Source: Camelus ferus
Taxonomy: Eukaryota
Length of the DNA stretch: 64,000 nt
NCBI RefSeq assembly: GCF_009834535.1
Contig: NC_045697.1
Location: 115,446,001-115,510,000 of the forward strand
Direction of reading: 5' to 3'
In this document: piece after piece, positions 1 to 12,061 of the stretch
How positions within the stretch are numbered: the first letter of the stretch is position 1
Layout of the letters: each line of letters begins with the position of its first letter
Notes under the pieces: generated by a model
Told to the model about the DNA's origin: nothing
The model's input: the letters and a program-made list of their open reading frames with translations, nothing else
The model's database searches: none
Position numbers and translations under genes: made by a program

Positions 1-390
1 GTCTATAAATAGATTCCAAGTCTGTCATTGTATCAGATTTGGAAATAAAACAAAATTGTTCCCACATTTATGCTCCGTATAAAGTTCAAAACAAATGATA
101 TGCTTAAAAAGTATGCCTTGTAGAAATAACTAGGATTTTTTAAAATGAATCCAGCATTAACTATTAAATATGCATACAATTTTTATATAAAGACATGACC
201 TGTCAGTCACCTGTCAGTGTTGATATTTATAAGTTAAGAGGCCCATAAATTAATTGATGCATTGAATATCAAGTGAAAAGTTTCTCCTGAGGAGACTTGG
301 GGAAAGATACGTAAGTGTTTAGTAAGAGAAAGTGATAGAAAATGGAAAACTAAAGTCTGAAAGGAATCACAGGCCAGCGCCCCACCTCGG

Positions 391-464
391 CACACACACA
401 CACGCACACAAAAACACACACACCCACACACACACACAAACACACACACCCACACACACACACA
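391..464. repeat. Imperfect (CA)n microsatellite
   Basis: CA dinucleotide run with interruptions, read directly. Confidence 0.95.
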
Positions 465-1061
465 GTAATTTAAGGTGTACAGGAAAGCCCCAGGCAATTA
501 ACAAATAGCAAGTACTTCCTCTGGGTGGCTACTGTATATGGAATGATCTGTCTATTCACTCTGGGTGGTAAATCTGAGCTGCTTAGTGCATTGGAATAAG
601 CAGGATGTCTGGATCTCTGGATCTGAGCTTGTCACTGTCTCCAGGCTATCAGTATTTCAGGAGTGTTTCTTAAATACTAGCTGATCATGGGGTCTTGCTT
701 GGCCAATTTCGGTCAAATGGACAGTTTCTCAGAGGTAGTCCTTCTGCTTTGAGCTTTTGGCTCCCAACATACAAGCAAAGTTCTTTCATTATAAAAATTC
801 AGCCTCAGCCGAAACTCCCTGAGTGGGTACTACACCTCTGATCTGTTCACACCTCACCCTTCCCCTGGCTGTCTCCAACCATCCGGAGACAACCCACAAG
901 GAGAGAGTGGAGTGGTCATGGCTCTTCTTTGTCTACCTTGTGACCCATCTTTATTTCCTTATTCCCACAGGTAGCTCCTCACAAAGGACTCTGAATACAC
1001 TTCTCAGCTTTGTCGGTAAAGCCTGGTGTGACGTCTTATGCTTTGCAATTTAAAAACAAAC

Positions 1062-1416
1062 TTGATAGACTTGGAAGGCATGACGCTAAGCGAAATCAAT
1101 CAGACAGAGAAAGACAAATACTATAGGATATCACTTTTACGTGGAATCTAAAAGTACAACAAAGTAGTGGATACAACGAAAAAGAAGCAGATTCACTAAT
1201 ATAGAGAACAAACTAGTGGTTACCAGGGAGGAGGACCTGGAAGGGACAATATGAGTTGGGGGAGGGGTTGGAGGCATAAACTATTGGGGGTCAATAGGCT
1301 CAAGGATGTATTGTACAATGCAGGGAATAAAGCCAATATCTTGACGTAACTGTAAATGGAAAATAATCTTTAAAAATTGTATTAAAAATAAAAATAAATT
1401 TAAAATAAAAATAAAA
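1062..1416 (+). mobile_element. 5'-truncated LINE-1 3' end
   Basis: Typical L1 ORF2-end/3'UTR text (gctaagcgaaat...cagacagagaaagacaaatac...gtggaatcta; gagaacaaactagtggttaccag) ending in an A-rich tail. Confidence 0.9.
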
Positions 1417-1451
1417 GGAAGGTCATTAATTAAAACATAGATACTTTAATT

Positions 1452-1660
1452 CCAGAGCCAGATAGCTAAAGTCTGAAGCTCTTCCCTCTTTACTAGTTGC
1501 CCTTGGGCAAGCCACTCAACTCTGTAAGTCTTAGGTCACTCACCCTTAAAATGGTAATAATAATACATACCTCATCTTTATTGTGAATTACATGACGTGA
1601 TGTCTGACTAGTAAGTTCCTTAGCACAGAGCCTGAAATAGGCAAAGCACCTAATTAAAGA
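1452..1660 (+). mobile_element. MIR SINE (degenerate)
   Basis: MIR core ccttgggcaagccactcaactctg...taaaatggtaataataatacatacctcat...ttagcacagagcctg. Confidence 0.8.
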
Positions 1661-1956
1661 TAGTTGGTATAATTTTTAATATGCTAAATTTATATTATTA
1701 TTGTTAGGTGCTTAAATATTAATGAACTGAATTTATCAGGAACAAATCAAACCTATGAGAACTTCTAAAAATCAGTGCAAATTAGATGTAGCTAAACTCA
1801 TGGGGGTGATATAAAAATGGATTCAGTTTTTCAAAAACTACTATTGAAGACATCTTGTCTCCTTTTGAATATGTAAAATTTCAAACTTAAAATTTGCAAG
1901 GTTTTGAGGCTCTTTTTCTCACCTAATAAAGTCTCACAGAATGAAAAAAAAACTGA

Positions 1957-2211
1957 TACGTTAGGAGTTCGAGATTTGCAGATACTGACTGGTCTATACA
2001 AAACAGATAAACAGCAAGTTTATTCTGTAAAGTGCAGGGAACTATATTTAATATCTTGTAGTAGCTTATGGTGAAAAAGAGTATGAAAATGAATATATGT
2101 ATGTTCCTGTATGACTGAAACATTATGCTGTACACCAGAAATTGACACAACATTGTAAATTGACTATACATATACGTATATATATATATATATATTCCAT
2201 ATATATATACG
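1957..2211 (+). mobile_element. Young lineage-specific L1 3' end with (TA)n tail
   Basis: 3'UTR motif gctgtacaccagaaattgacacaacattgtaaattgactatac, shared with copies at about 8.6, 15.2, 16.7 and 60.1 kb. TSD AAAACTGA at 1949-1956 and 2212-2219. Confidence 0.92.
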
Positions 2212-3543
2212 AAAACTGAAAAACCTATTTAAGTCATGAATGTATTGAGTTTTCTGAATCTGGTGTTCTCCTTTTAGATTACACTTTTTCCATATTCACT
2301 AGTATATACTCATACATATATTTGATTGTGAACCTGCATGTATACCGTACTCTTTTTATGCAATATTTTCCATCATCTAAGCATAGTAAAATGTATACAA
2401 TGGATCTTTAATAAATGGTGATTGATTGACTCTTAGAAATAAAAAAAAACTCAAAGAACTATGTCTAAGCATTTTACAGGTGGACTAGTAGTAGCTGCCT
2501 TGAACTGTTCCTCTGTTTCAAATTTATTCTGTCTACTACAGCAACACAATCTATCTCAAGGTTTTCACAGAGGCAGTGGTGTGGTTTCGCTTAATACTTT
2601 CCCCTTGGTCACCAGTCTGTCTCCATGCTCTTTTGCCTGGACTTTCTTTTACTGTATCATCTACATCCCAGCAGTGTGCCTTCCACAAATTGTTCTCAAA
2701 TCCACATAAGCAGATATCCAGTTAATCTTTTTGCCTAAGTATAATCCATTGTAAACTTGTGAGGATATTTTCTTCATATTATTTTAATCTTCTTTCCTCC
2801 ATCCCCAAATGAGAATTAGAGGAAAGAAAAAATGCATTGGGAATTTTATCAACCATAAGAAAGATTATCTACCAAAATTTGGAACTCCTGTGATTAATCT
2901 TTTACTATTTCCACTTCATAATCTTAGTTTAGGCAAAACACTTTAAGTGAGAATGTGGTTTATAAAGCTTTTGAGAACCAACCAGAAAAAATAGCTCAGT
3001 ATTGAATATTAATTGAATATTGTAATGTGTTTGAATTATATTCAATACTTTATTTCACATAGAAAGAAATGTACAAAACATTTTAGAAAATTATGGTTTA
3101 TTTCCCACTGTTTTGCAGTAATAATGGTTAGTTTTAATATAGTTTAAGAAACTGTGAACTTTCTAACTCAAAGAAATTACAGTATGCCATGCTTAGTATC
3201 GCACACTATTATGTAAAAATTATAGTCATGATGACATTTACTGTATTGAAATCCAATATTATTTGTATTTTTAATTGCATTTCTTGGGTTATTTAGATCT
3301 TATTTTGTATATTTGATAAACATGTATGAATTGAAAAACACCCATCTCTTTGTTCTGTAATTTAAGTAAATAACACGGTATTTATTTAGGGTAAAATTTA
3401 ACTACACTTAGTACTCAGGAAACCATATAATGGTGCATGTTTCTACAATTATTATCAAAAAAAATAGACCCAAAGGATCTGTGTCCTATACACGAATAAA
3501 AACGAATGACAGCTGAACAAATATATTGAAATAAATAAAACAT

Positions 3544-3683
3544 GGGGGGAGGGTATATTTCAAAGTGATGGAGAGCATGCTTAGCATGCACAAGGCACTG
3601 GGTTCAATCCCCAGTACCTTCTCTAAAAATAAAATAAATAAACAAATAAAAAGTAAATAAACCTAATTACTTCCCTCCCCCCA

Positions 3684-3754
<71 letters not shown>

Positions 3755-3765
3755 AATTCTTTTAA
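3544..3765 (+). mobile_element. tRNA-derived SINE, camelid Vic-1 type, with (TAAA)n tail
   Basis: G-rich head, degenerate A box, B box GTTCAATCC at 3602-3610, then an A-rich linker, acctaattac-ccccc, and a (TAAA)n tail at about 3684-3753. Confidence 0.9.
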
Positions 3766-3947
3766 AGTAAATAAATAAATACGAAATGTGCCTTTCCGGA
3801 TTTGGATTTAACTAACTAGAAACACTGTATTAGAGACTTATTCAGCAATCAAGGAAAAGGCTAAGTTTTAGAAGCAGAACTAGCTCGATATTTAGAAAAA
3901 CAAGAGAACCGTAATTTCGCTACTGTCTTTATAAATGTCTTGCTTAC

Positions 3948-4019
3948 GTTGGGTATTGATGGGTTAAGTCCTCATGGCTGGATGCAAAAAGAAATCTTGG
4001 CTCAGAGCAATTAAAAGGA
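3948..4019 (-). other. Candidate exon (72 nt) of an unidentified minus-strand transcript or pseudogene
   Basis: Long pyrimidine tract ...tttttcatcatctcttcAG acceptor and AAC|GTAAGC donor. One frame is open (PFNCSEPRFLFASSHEDLTHQYP). No homology recognised. Confidence 0.4.
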
Positions 4020-4295
4020 CTGAAGAGATGATGAAAAATGAGGGGTTGATGAGAAAGGAAAGTGATGTCTAACAGACGGGCCCAGGAACCCTGCTCCACC
4101 ATGGCTCCTGGTGTGATCACCATTGCACAACAATGACATTGCTGGAGACTGAGCTGAATACTCTGCTTTGCATTCCCTTTTAGGTATTTAATCACTGTCG
4201 ATGTGTCGTGTTGCACCATTTTCTGGAAACCTGTGTAGCTCACCACGGGAGTTCACCACATTTTTAACCCATTTATTTTTATGTTATCATCTTAC

Positions 4296-4436
4296 CTCCT
4301 CTGTTTACATTTGACTTAGTGAAACAGTTTAACAGTGTTTGGGCAATTCTGATTTTACACAGTGTATCCTGCTTCCCTGTTAAGGCAGTAGTACGTCTGG
4401 TTGCCAATTTCAGAAAATAGATGCGATCTGGTTTCC
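4296..4436 (-). other. Candidate exon (141 nt) of an unidentified minus-strand transcript or pseudogene
   Basis: Acceptor ttatccctgtatccctacAG and donor GAG|GTAAGA. Length is divisible by 3 and one frame is open (KPDRIYFLKLATRR...NVNRG). Confidence 0.4.
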
Positions 4437-5620
4437 CTGTAGGGATACAGGGATAAATAATGTGATGATCAGGAGCAGGAGTTGCTCCCCTTCAAAGATG
4501 ATGCCCTTCATGCTGCAATCCACCCTGCAAAGCAGCCCAGGCTACACATCCTTCTCTGCAATGTTGGTCCACGAAGACCGGCTTTCTATATATCTCCTCC
4601 AGGAGAACATTATGCTGCTATCTGATCTGTCTTTTCAACTCCTTGCGAACAAATTACAGACCTGCAAATTGAGTCAACCTGTGTACAGTGGTAGCTCAGT
4701 CCTAAGCTCTTTTAGTCACAGAAAAGACTCTTTCCCAGTTTTGTGATGTTGTGATTCCTGGTTTTCCTAAAGCAGAGCAGCACGGGTGTACATTTCTTGC
4801 ACGCCCTTGAAGAACTTCATCTCGCTGCCCTGCACAGGCTCATCTCTCTTAAGCTCACCTAAAGCAGTTTGGTTGTCTGGCTTTTATCCATTCTGTTGAC
4901 AATTGCAGTACAGCAAAGTTTCTGATCCCAAACATTTCTCTAGGGAAACTCTGAGTATATTCCGGGTTATTGTTTTTGAGGACATTGCCTGCATAACTCT
5001 TGAAGTATTAAACAGGATGTGTAAGTGGCTTGGTTGTCATTTGTTGAGCAAATGAGCACAATATAGTTGTCTTGTAATGTGAACTAGATTGTCTATAAAC
5101 TCATTGGAGGCAGAGTCACTGGCCAGCGTAACCTGGTTCTGACACAGCGTCATGCCTGATGCACAGAGATAAACGCATCCTCCAAGATTCTCCACCGATC
5201 TCTGGTTGACCCAGACAAACGCTAATCCAGGGAAAACCTTAATAGTCAGGAGGTCAGCCTAGTTAGAAAATTGTGAAGTGTCTTAGGGAACAAAAAGTAG
5301 CTTAGCCACATGGCTGCTGGCATCATAACAAAACATTTGGATTTATGGGAAAGTTTCCATAGAGGCTCAACAAACAGGCACTCCCTGTCGCCATCTTACC
5401 AGGCCCTAATGTCACTGGTTAGTATCATGACTAACACATTACATTGGTGTTTCTTAGGTTAGTAAATCTTAGGATATTCTCCTAGATAAATTATATATGC
5501 TTGATTATTTTTTATGTTCAGAATAGAGTCAAGGTGATTCATCCACATTTGTGTTGAATATTACCAACAATAGAGGTACCATTCACGGCAGACAGACCAC
5601 TTGGTAGAACCCGAAAGTGC

Positions 5621-6103
5621 CGTGAATGAAAACCATTGCAGCCACATCAGTAAACAAAGGATGCCGCAGCCACGCAATCATCAGCTGCTGATGTGAGCGA
5701 GGGATCTCAGGATGGAGACAAGCAGGCAGCGGGGCCTCTGCAGCCACCCTCGATGATCCCCCCCGAGGGAACTCAGGATGGGAAAGAACAGGGCACTGGC
5801 CCGAGAAAGCTAAGTGCACATCAAAGGAGTGATTTCAGTGAGCAGACATTTTGTGCCTTCTCCTACATAGAAAAGTGTTTAATTCCTTAGCTTGAGATAC
5901 CTGGTTTTCTTTAATTAGCAGTAATCTTTTGATGTTCCGACTATCCGGTCTTTGTCGCAAAATCTCCTATATATCCTGGCTCCTTCCTGCCTCTCTAGAG
6001 TGATCTGAGACGCTGCCTTCCTGGGCTTGAAGTCCTCAGAAAGTCTGCTGAATAAAACATAACTCTCAACTTTTAGGTTGTGCTTTTCTTTTTTCAGTCG
6101 ACA
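5621..6103 (+). mobile_element. ERV1-class solo LTR
   Basis: Starts CG (inferred from TG) and ends CA. 4-bp TSD GTGC at 5617-5620 and 6104-6107, TATATA at about 5968, AATAAA at 6051-6056. Confidence 0.9.
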
Positions 6104-6248
6104 GTGCAATTATCTATAAAGCATCTTGTCAAGTTGCTTATAGTCTCACAGATGAGAATCAAGTATAAACACACAGGAGTCAAATAATATATCAAAACCA
6201 TTATTATTAGCTGTTAAAGTAACGTTTTATAAAGAAATTGCTCTACAG

Positions 6249-6447
6249 CAGGCACTGCTTTGAGTGTTTTCCATGTGCAAACTCGATTAAACTTCTCATC
6301 AGTTGAAGAAATAGGCAATGTCATTATGTAATTTGCAGAAGAGGAAACTGAGGCACAACAAAGTTTAGTAACTTGCCTCTATTCCCACAGGTAGTGTGTG
6401 GTAGAGACAGGATCTGAACCCAAGTAGTCTGGTACTCTGACCTTAAC
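6249..6447 (-). mobile_element. MIR SINE
   Basis: Core ttgcagaagaggaaactgaggcac...agtaacttgcc...ggatctgaacccaagtagtctg. Confidence 0.85.
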
Positions 6448-8311
6448 AATAAGACAGCTTGTCCTCTTTTAGATATTGGTTTATGGTCTGCTGGAGATGC
6501 TTTTAAGGGATGATGTTTCAGAAGAATTCAAAGGCACTTAGCAAAATGTCCTACCCTCTCTCCTTATGGTCTATCACTGTAAAATGTCAAAGTAAGCATA
6601 TCCTCTCTCCAAATTCATCTTATCCTTAAATCTAAGGCTTGCAAGCTTTTAAACCTGTTTATGATGGTTTACACCATGACTCCATTCCTGGATTCAAAAG
6701 TCAGAGCCTGACATGAAGATGATCATTTTAGGAATTTGAGAATCTTAATGTATCCTCATCTCCTGCAAAGATTTTTTTTCCAAATTAAGCTTGTAGTTGC
6801 CCTTTATGTCAGAGTAGGAAAATTATCTTTTTATTCAAATAATCCACATGGATCAAATTAAATGTAAATCTAAAAGACAACCTGATACCCTCATCAGCAT
6901 GATAATTTCCAACCTAGGGGTGAAGAAAAATAAAGATTTTTCTGCTCATAATTGAGCAAGAGAGACTTCTTTCTAACCCTGCTGCTAAAATAATCAAACT
7001 TTAAGCTTTTTTAGCTTTATGAATGCACTTTCTTTTCTAATAACAGCCTGATTAGCATCAAGAGTACCTGTTTAACAAAACACTGAGTTTAAAAAAAAAC
7101 TATCAGCCTCCAGCAATGTTCCAACATTTCCTTTTATATGATATTTGCTTGAGGACTCAAAGTACTATTTCTGTTAGACTTTTAAAATGTTATTTTGCAC
7201 AGTGTGACCTCATATGTCTTCTATGATATAGCTATAAATAAAAAACACTGAGTATGTATCCACTAAATAGCTATAATTCAGGCTGCTATAGCTGAGCCTG
7301 GATTCTCTTATCTGTAAAATGGAAACACTTCTGTTTATGTCAATTGTTATTCAGGGAGGGAAAAGTAACAAAAAAATTAAAATTGTAGCATAGTAACAGC
7401 AAGGTGATAAAAAGTCATATTAGGGTGCTTAACAAGCCAAAATAATTTTGATCTTCCTCATCCATAAAATAAAAATTATATAAAAAATGTTTCATCGACT
7501 GGTATCATGATACAATTTTGGATATATTTATTAGTGCTACACAAAGACTTGCTTTCCAACTAATAGAGAAATATGCGTTACATTTAAACAAAACAATTAA
7601 TTGAATTTTAACCATTCTCTGGTTATTAGATTCCTTCTGAAAATACAGAATGAAGAATTGTATTTCTCTATATACATAACTGTTGACTTTTTAGAATGTA
7701 ACTTCTAAGAGAATTATCTTCCCAAAGGAACGTAACAAATTATAGGACCACTCCAGAGAACCAGAATGAACACCCAACCCATGCTCAAAATCTGGTTCTT
7801 ATTTTGAGACGGATGACCCTGCAGTAAGAGTGTATGAAGAGGTTTATTCCTCACATAATGAAGCTTTCTGGGTAGAATACAGTGGCTCCCAAACATGTCC
7901 AAAAAAAAAAAAGAAGGAGAAAAAATGGAAAGGAGATTGGCTTGGGGGTTTTATGGTGGTTGGGGGTAGGCAGGGGTGAGGATTCCCACATCTGAGCAGT
8001 GGTTTGAATCGCTCACTGGCACTAAGTTGGAGGGAAGCAGTTACCCTGACATTATAATTCCCTTGCTCACATTTGGAGCCAAGAGGGACGATGAAGAGGT
8101 GAGGCTTAAAACCCATCAGCATTCACACATTTAAGAAAAAAATGCCTTCCCACTTTTTATTACACAAATAGAAACCACTCTTGCAGTGAGGCAGGAGGAG
8201 GTACAGGGTATGATGTCAGTTGGAGGTCCTTGGCGTACACGGGAGGAGTGTGAAATCACCCAGAGCTGGAATAAGAAGATATAAAAGAGCTTCAAGCACA
8301 GAGACAACATA

Positions 8312-9416
8312 CAGGCAGACCTCACTTTATTGTGCTTCACAGTCTTCATTTGTGCAAACTGGCGTGTGGCAACCCTGTGCCCAGCAAGTCTGTCGGCATC
8401 ATTTTTCTAATAGGATTTGCTCATTTCGTGTCTCTGAGTCGCACTTTGTATTTCTCACAATAGTTCAGACTTTTTCATTACTCTTCTATCTGTGATGGTG
8501 ACCCAGGATCCGTGATCGCTGATGTTATTGCCACAACTCACAGAAGGCTCAGAGATGGCTAGCATTATTCAGCAATAAAGTATTTTATACGCCAATTCTT
8601 TCAATTGAAGTCTAGTCAGTTTACAATGTTGTGTCAATTTCTGGTGTACAGCACAATGCTTCAGTCATGCGTGAATATACATATATTCATTTTCATATTC
8701 TTTTTCATATAGGTCACTACAAGATATTGAATATAGTTCCTTGTGCTACATAGTAGAAACTTGTTATTTATTTTACACATAGTAGTTAGTATCTGCAAAT
8801 CCTGAACTCTCAGTTTATCCCTTCCCACTTCCCTTTCCATAAGTTTGTTTTCTATGTCCTTGAATCTGTTTCCATTTTGTAAATAAGTTCATTTGGGTCT
8901 TTTTTTTTTTTAGATTCCACATATGAGTGATATCATATGGCATTTTTCTCTTTCTGGCTTACTTCACTCAGAATGATGCTCTCCAGGTCCATCCATGTTG
9001 CTGCAAATGGCATTGTTTTATTATTTTTTATGGCTGAGTAGTATTCCACTGTATATATGTACCACATCTTTAGCCACTCATCTGATGATGGACATTTACA
9101 TTGCTTTCATGTTTTGGCTATTTTAAATAGTGCTGCTATGAACACTGGGGTGCAATTATCTTTTCAAATTAGAGGTCCCTCTGGATGTATTCCCAGGAGT
9201 GGAGTTTCTGGATCATATGGTAAGTATTAAATTAAAATTAAAATTTTTAAATTAAAGTATGAACTTTTTTTTTAGACAGAGTGCTAGTGCACACAACAGA
9301 CTACAGTATAGTGTAAACATAATTTTTACGGGCACTGGGAAACCAAAACATTCATGTGACTGGGATTTATCATGGTGGTCTGAAAATGAACATACAGTAT
9401 CTCTGAAGAATGCCTG
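8312..9416 (+). mobile_element. Tigger1-derived non-autonomous TcMar DNA transposon, interrupted by L1
   Basis: Termini CAGGCAGACCTC... and ...GAAGAATGCCTG, with TA TSDs at 8310-8311 and 9417-9418. Tigger1 internal text continues across the L1 (agcaataaagtatttt | tttttaaattaaagtatg). Confidence 0.9.
8603..9226 (-). mobile_element. Young L1 3' end nested in Tigger1
   Basis: Reverse complement of the L1 3'UTR/ORF2 end (tagattccacatatgagtgatatcatatgg...cccaggagtgga...ggatcatatggtaag). Confidence 0.92.
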
Positions 9417-9469
9417 TAATGTGATTGACATTTTTAAAAGACACCTTTGGCTGTTTGATACAGATCAGG

Positions 9470-9720
9470 CTCTAAGAGGCCAGGTTAAAATCAGGGACAC
9501 CAGTTAGGACTACAGTGGTCCAGGTAAGAGGAGGCAGTGGTTTGCATATGAGTGGTGACACCAGAGGTGAGAAAAAACCAGTGATAGGTTTATAGTTAAA
9601 ACCTAGTGAATTTGTGGGAGGATGGAGGTAGGAGGTGGGGAGAAGGTGAGACAAGAAAGAACCTTTCATTTTTGACTATAGCAACCACGTTGTAGGTGGT
9701 ACAATTTACAGGGATGAAGG
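9470..9720 (-). mobile_element. L2 fragment
   Basis: Degenerate L2 text (ccagttaggactacagtggtccaggtaagag...ttttgactatagcaac...gtggtacaatttacag). Confidence 0.55.
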
Positions 9721-11457
9721 TTGCAAAGGAGTCACTGTATTCTGTGAAAAAATCAAGGACTTTGCTCGAATAAATACTTGTTGAAATAAAAAAGAAAATT
9801 AAATATTTGTACAGAGAGAGATTCTCTAAATGTCTCTGCTGACATTTACACATGTATTAAGGAACCAAATTTGCAAATTTTCAAATTAGTTAAAGGGGTT
9901 TTAGGTATTTTAAACTGCTGATTTCTTCATAAGTGTAATACAATTCATTGTTTCATGATAGATCTCCCCCAATTTTCTGGTTTCTAAAAATGAAAAAAAA
10001 ATGTGATTCATTGTTTCTAAAGAAGTTTTCTACTCAAATTGGATGTCACTCTGATTGCAGGTGTGAAAAGAATGATTAAAATATGATACTAAAAATATGT
10101 GTGTTGCCAAGTTAGAACAGGAACTTTGTGTTCAAGAATGATGAATGAGTCCAAAATTCTTTCCTGAGTCTTGATTATTTAGGCCTTTGATGTTTCTGCA
10201 TTGTCAGCTAAGAAGAAAATTCTGGTTTTTTACAAACAGTTCTCTAATGATAACAAATGGCCAAATTCAACTTGGCAAAACCCCTTTTTCCAGAGTATTC
10301 TTTCTAGAGATGGATGACACAGTTGCTTCCGTATGCCCACCCTTTCTACAAAAGGTATAACAACATTTAAAAGGACGAGCTGAAAGGAACGGGAAAGCCA
10401 CGTCTTAAACAATTTCTTTTCATTTAGGTGAATCCCTTTTGAAAGGCCACAACCTTTTATGTTATTTTAGCTGATTGGATCGCCCTGTTTATAAGGAAAT
10501 CAGAAGGATGTTACTGAAGAAATTTCAGATGCCACATAGCTTGACCTTAAATCATCGTGATGACCTCTGAACCAGTTTGCCTCCTATTTGTCCCTGAAAG
10601 TTGCATGAATAATAAATAAAAGTGTATCACCAGAGGTTTACACAGGTGCTGTGTAAGCCCAAGAATGTAACAACACAGCAAAGCTTGAGTCTGAAAGCTA
10701 ATAAATCAAGAACTGGTCTGTTTAGTAAAACTGCGACAGCAGCTTGGCCAGTTGATAGCCTTGACAGCCACATTGAATTAAATCAGAAAAAAAAAAAAAA
10801 AAAAGAAACAAACAAAGAAACAATTGTGCTCCATTGTTTTATTCCTTTAAAATCTAATAGAAACAGAAATACAAGTGTTTTATCAGTCCTTTAGCAAAAC
10901 AGACTTTTCCAAAGATGAATGTATCCACCTGTGTTATACATAAAACATAGATCATGTCGGCAAGCACTAGATTTCTCTCATGGTTAGAAGTTATGTGACT
11001 TAAAATTTGCTCTCTAAATGCTGCAGTTAAGGGAGGTGAATCATTCCTCTGCCAAAACATAGAGGAAGAGAAGTTGTTTTATTGATGCATTCATTTAGGA
11101 AGCCCATGGCACCTCATTAACTAAAAGAGTCAGATAAACCTGCAACAATTTGCAGGCTATTCTGTCAGACTCATTAGGGATTAAGTAGAAGTGCAGCAAA
11201 CCGATCCATGAGGACTGGGGAAAGGTAATCAGGTAAGGATCTGCGGTATAATATTAACAAACATTGCATTTATGTATAACTGGTATTTGCTTGGGTGCTT
11301 TTTCTCATATCATGACTTATTGATAATCCGTTATAACTGATCTAGATTTTGAACTGAGAGTGGAAATTCTCATAACAAGTTAAAACATGCAAATCAAAAT
11401 ATATTGTACAAATGTAAGTAAACAAATTATATTATTTTAAAACCTTGTATTTAAAGG

Positions 11458-11499
11458 AATCATATTAAAATACAAAGAAATCATATTAAAATACAAAGA
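11458..11499. repeat. Perfect 21-bp tandem duplication
   Basis: AATCATATTAAAATACAAAGA occurs twice in tandem. Confidence 0.95.
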
Positions 11500-11579
11500 A
11501 CAAACATCTATAATAAATATTTAACAGCTTTTAAAATCCATTGTATTTTTTATTGTATCTTAAAAGCTGCTATTATATC

Positions 11580-11765
11580 TAGAGGCAGTAGAGTATTCAG
11601 ACACAATTTCTGTAGTCAGAATTTCAGTGATGGCTGTTTGACTCCAAGTAAGTTACTTAACCTCTCTGTGATCTAGTTACCTCCTTTAAAATGAAGTCTA
11701 ATAATGGTACCTACCTCCTGGGATTGTTGGATTTCATAAATAAATACAAGTAAAATTCTTAAAAT
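11580..11765 (+). mobile_element. MIR SINE
   Basis: Core aagttacttaacctctctgtg...taaaatg...ataatggtacctacctcctgggattgttg. Confidence 0.8.
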
Positions 11766-11876
11766 AATTCTTTAAAGAATAAACAAGTAAATTCTTTGAA
11801 TTCTTTAAAAATAATACAAATAATCCTTTAAATTGTCAACAATGATACAATATTCGCTATTTTTATCATATCCAAT

Positions 11877-12061
11877 CAGGGTTTTTTCACTTTTTGTGTA
11901 CCATGGATTCCTTTGGAAGTCTAGTGAAATGTTTGTCATAGTAATGTTTAAGTATTCCAAAAAGTAAATAACATTATAAAGGAAATTATTATATTGAAAT
12001 ATAGGAAATATAGTTCTAGCTGCAAGCTCTAGGGTTCTGAGAACACAGGGTAAGACCCTTG
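11877..12061. mobile_element. hAT/Charlie-type non-autonomous DNA transposon
   Basis: Degenerate TIRs cagggtttttc... and ...gggtaagacccttg, with internal ccatggattcctttggaagtctagtgaa typical of old Charlie MITEs. Confidence 0.6.

Noticed and set aside
198..218. Tandem acctgtcagt repeat (two MEIS/TGIF-like TGACAG sites)
   Set aside because: A simple short duplication with no supporting regulatory context visible.
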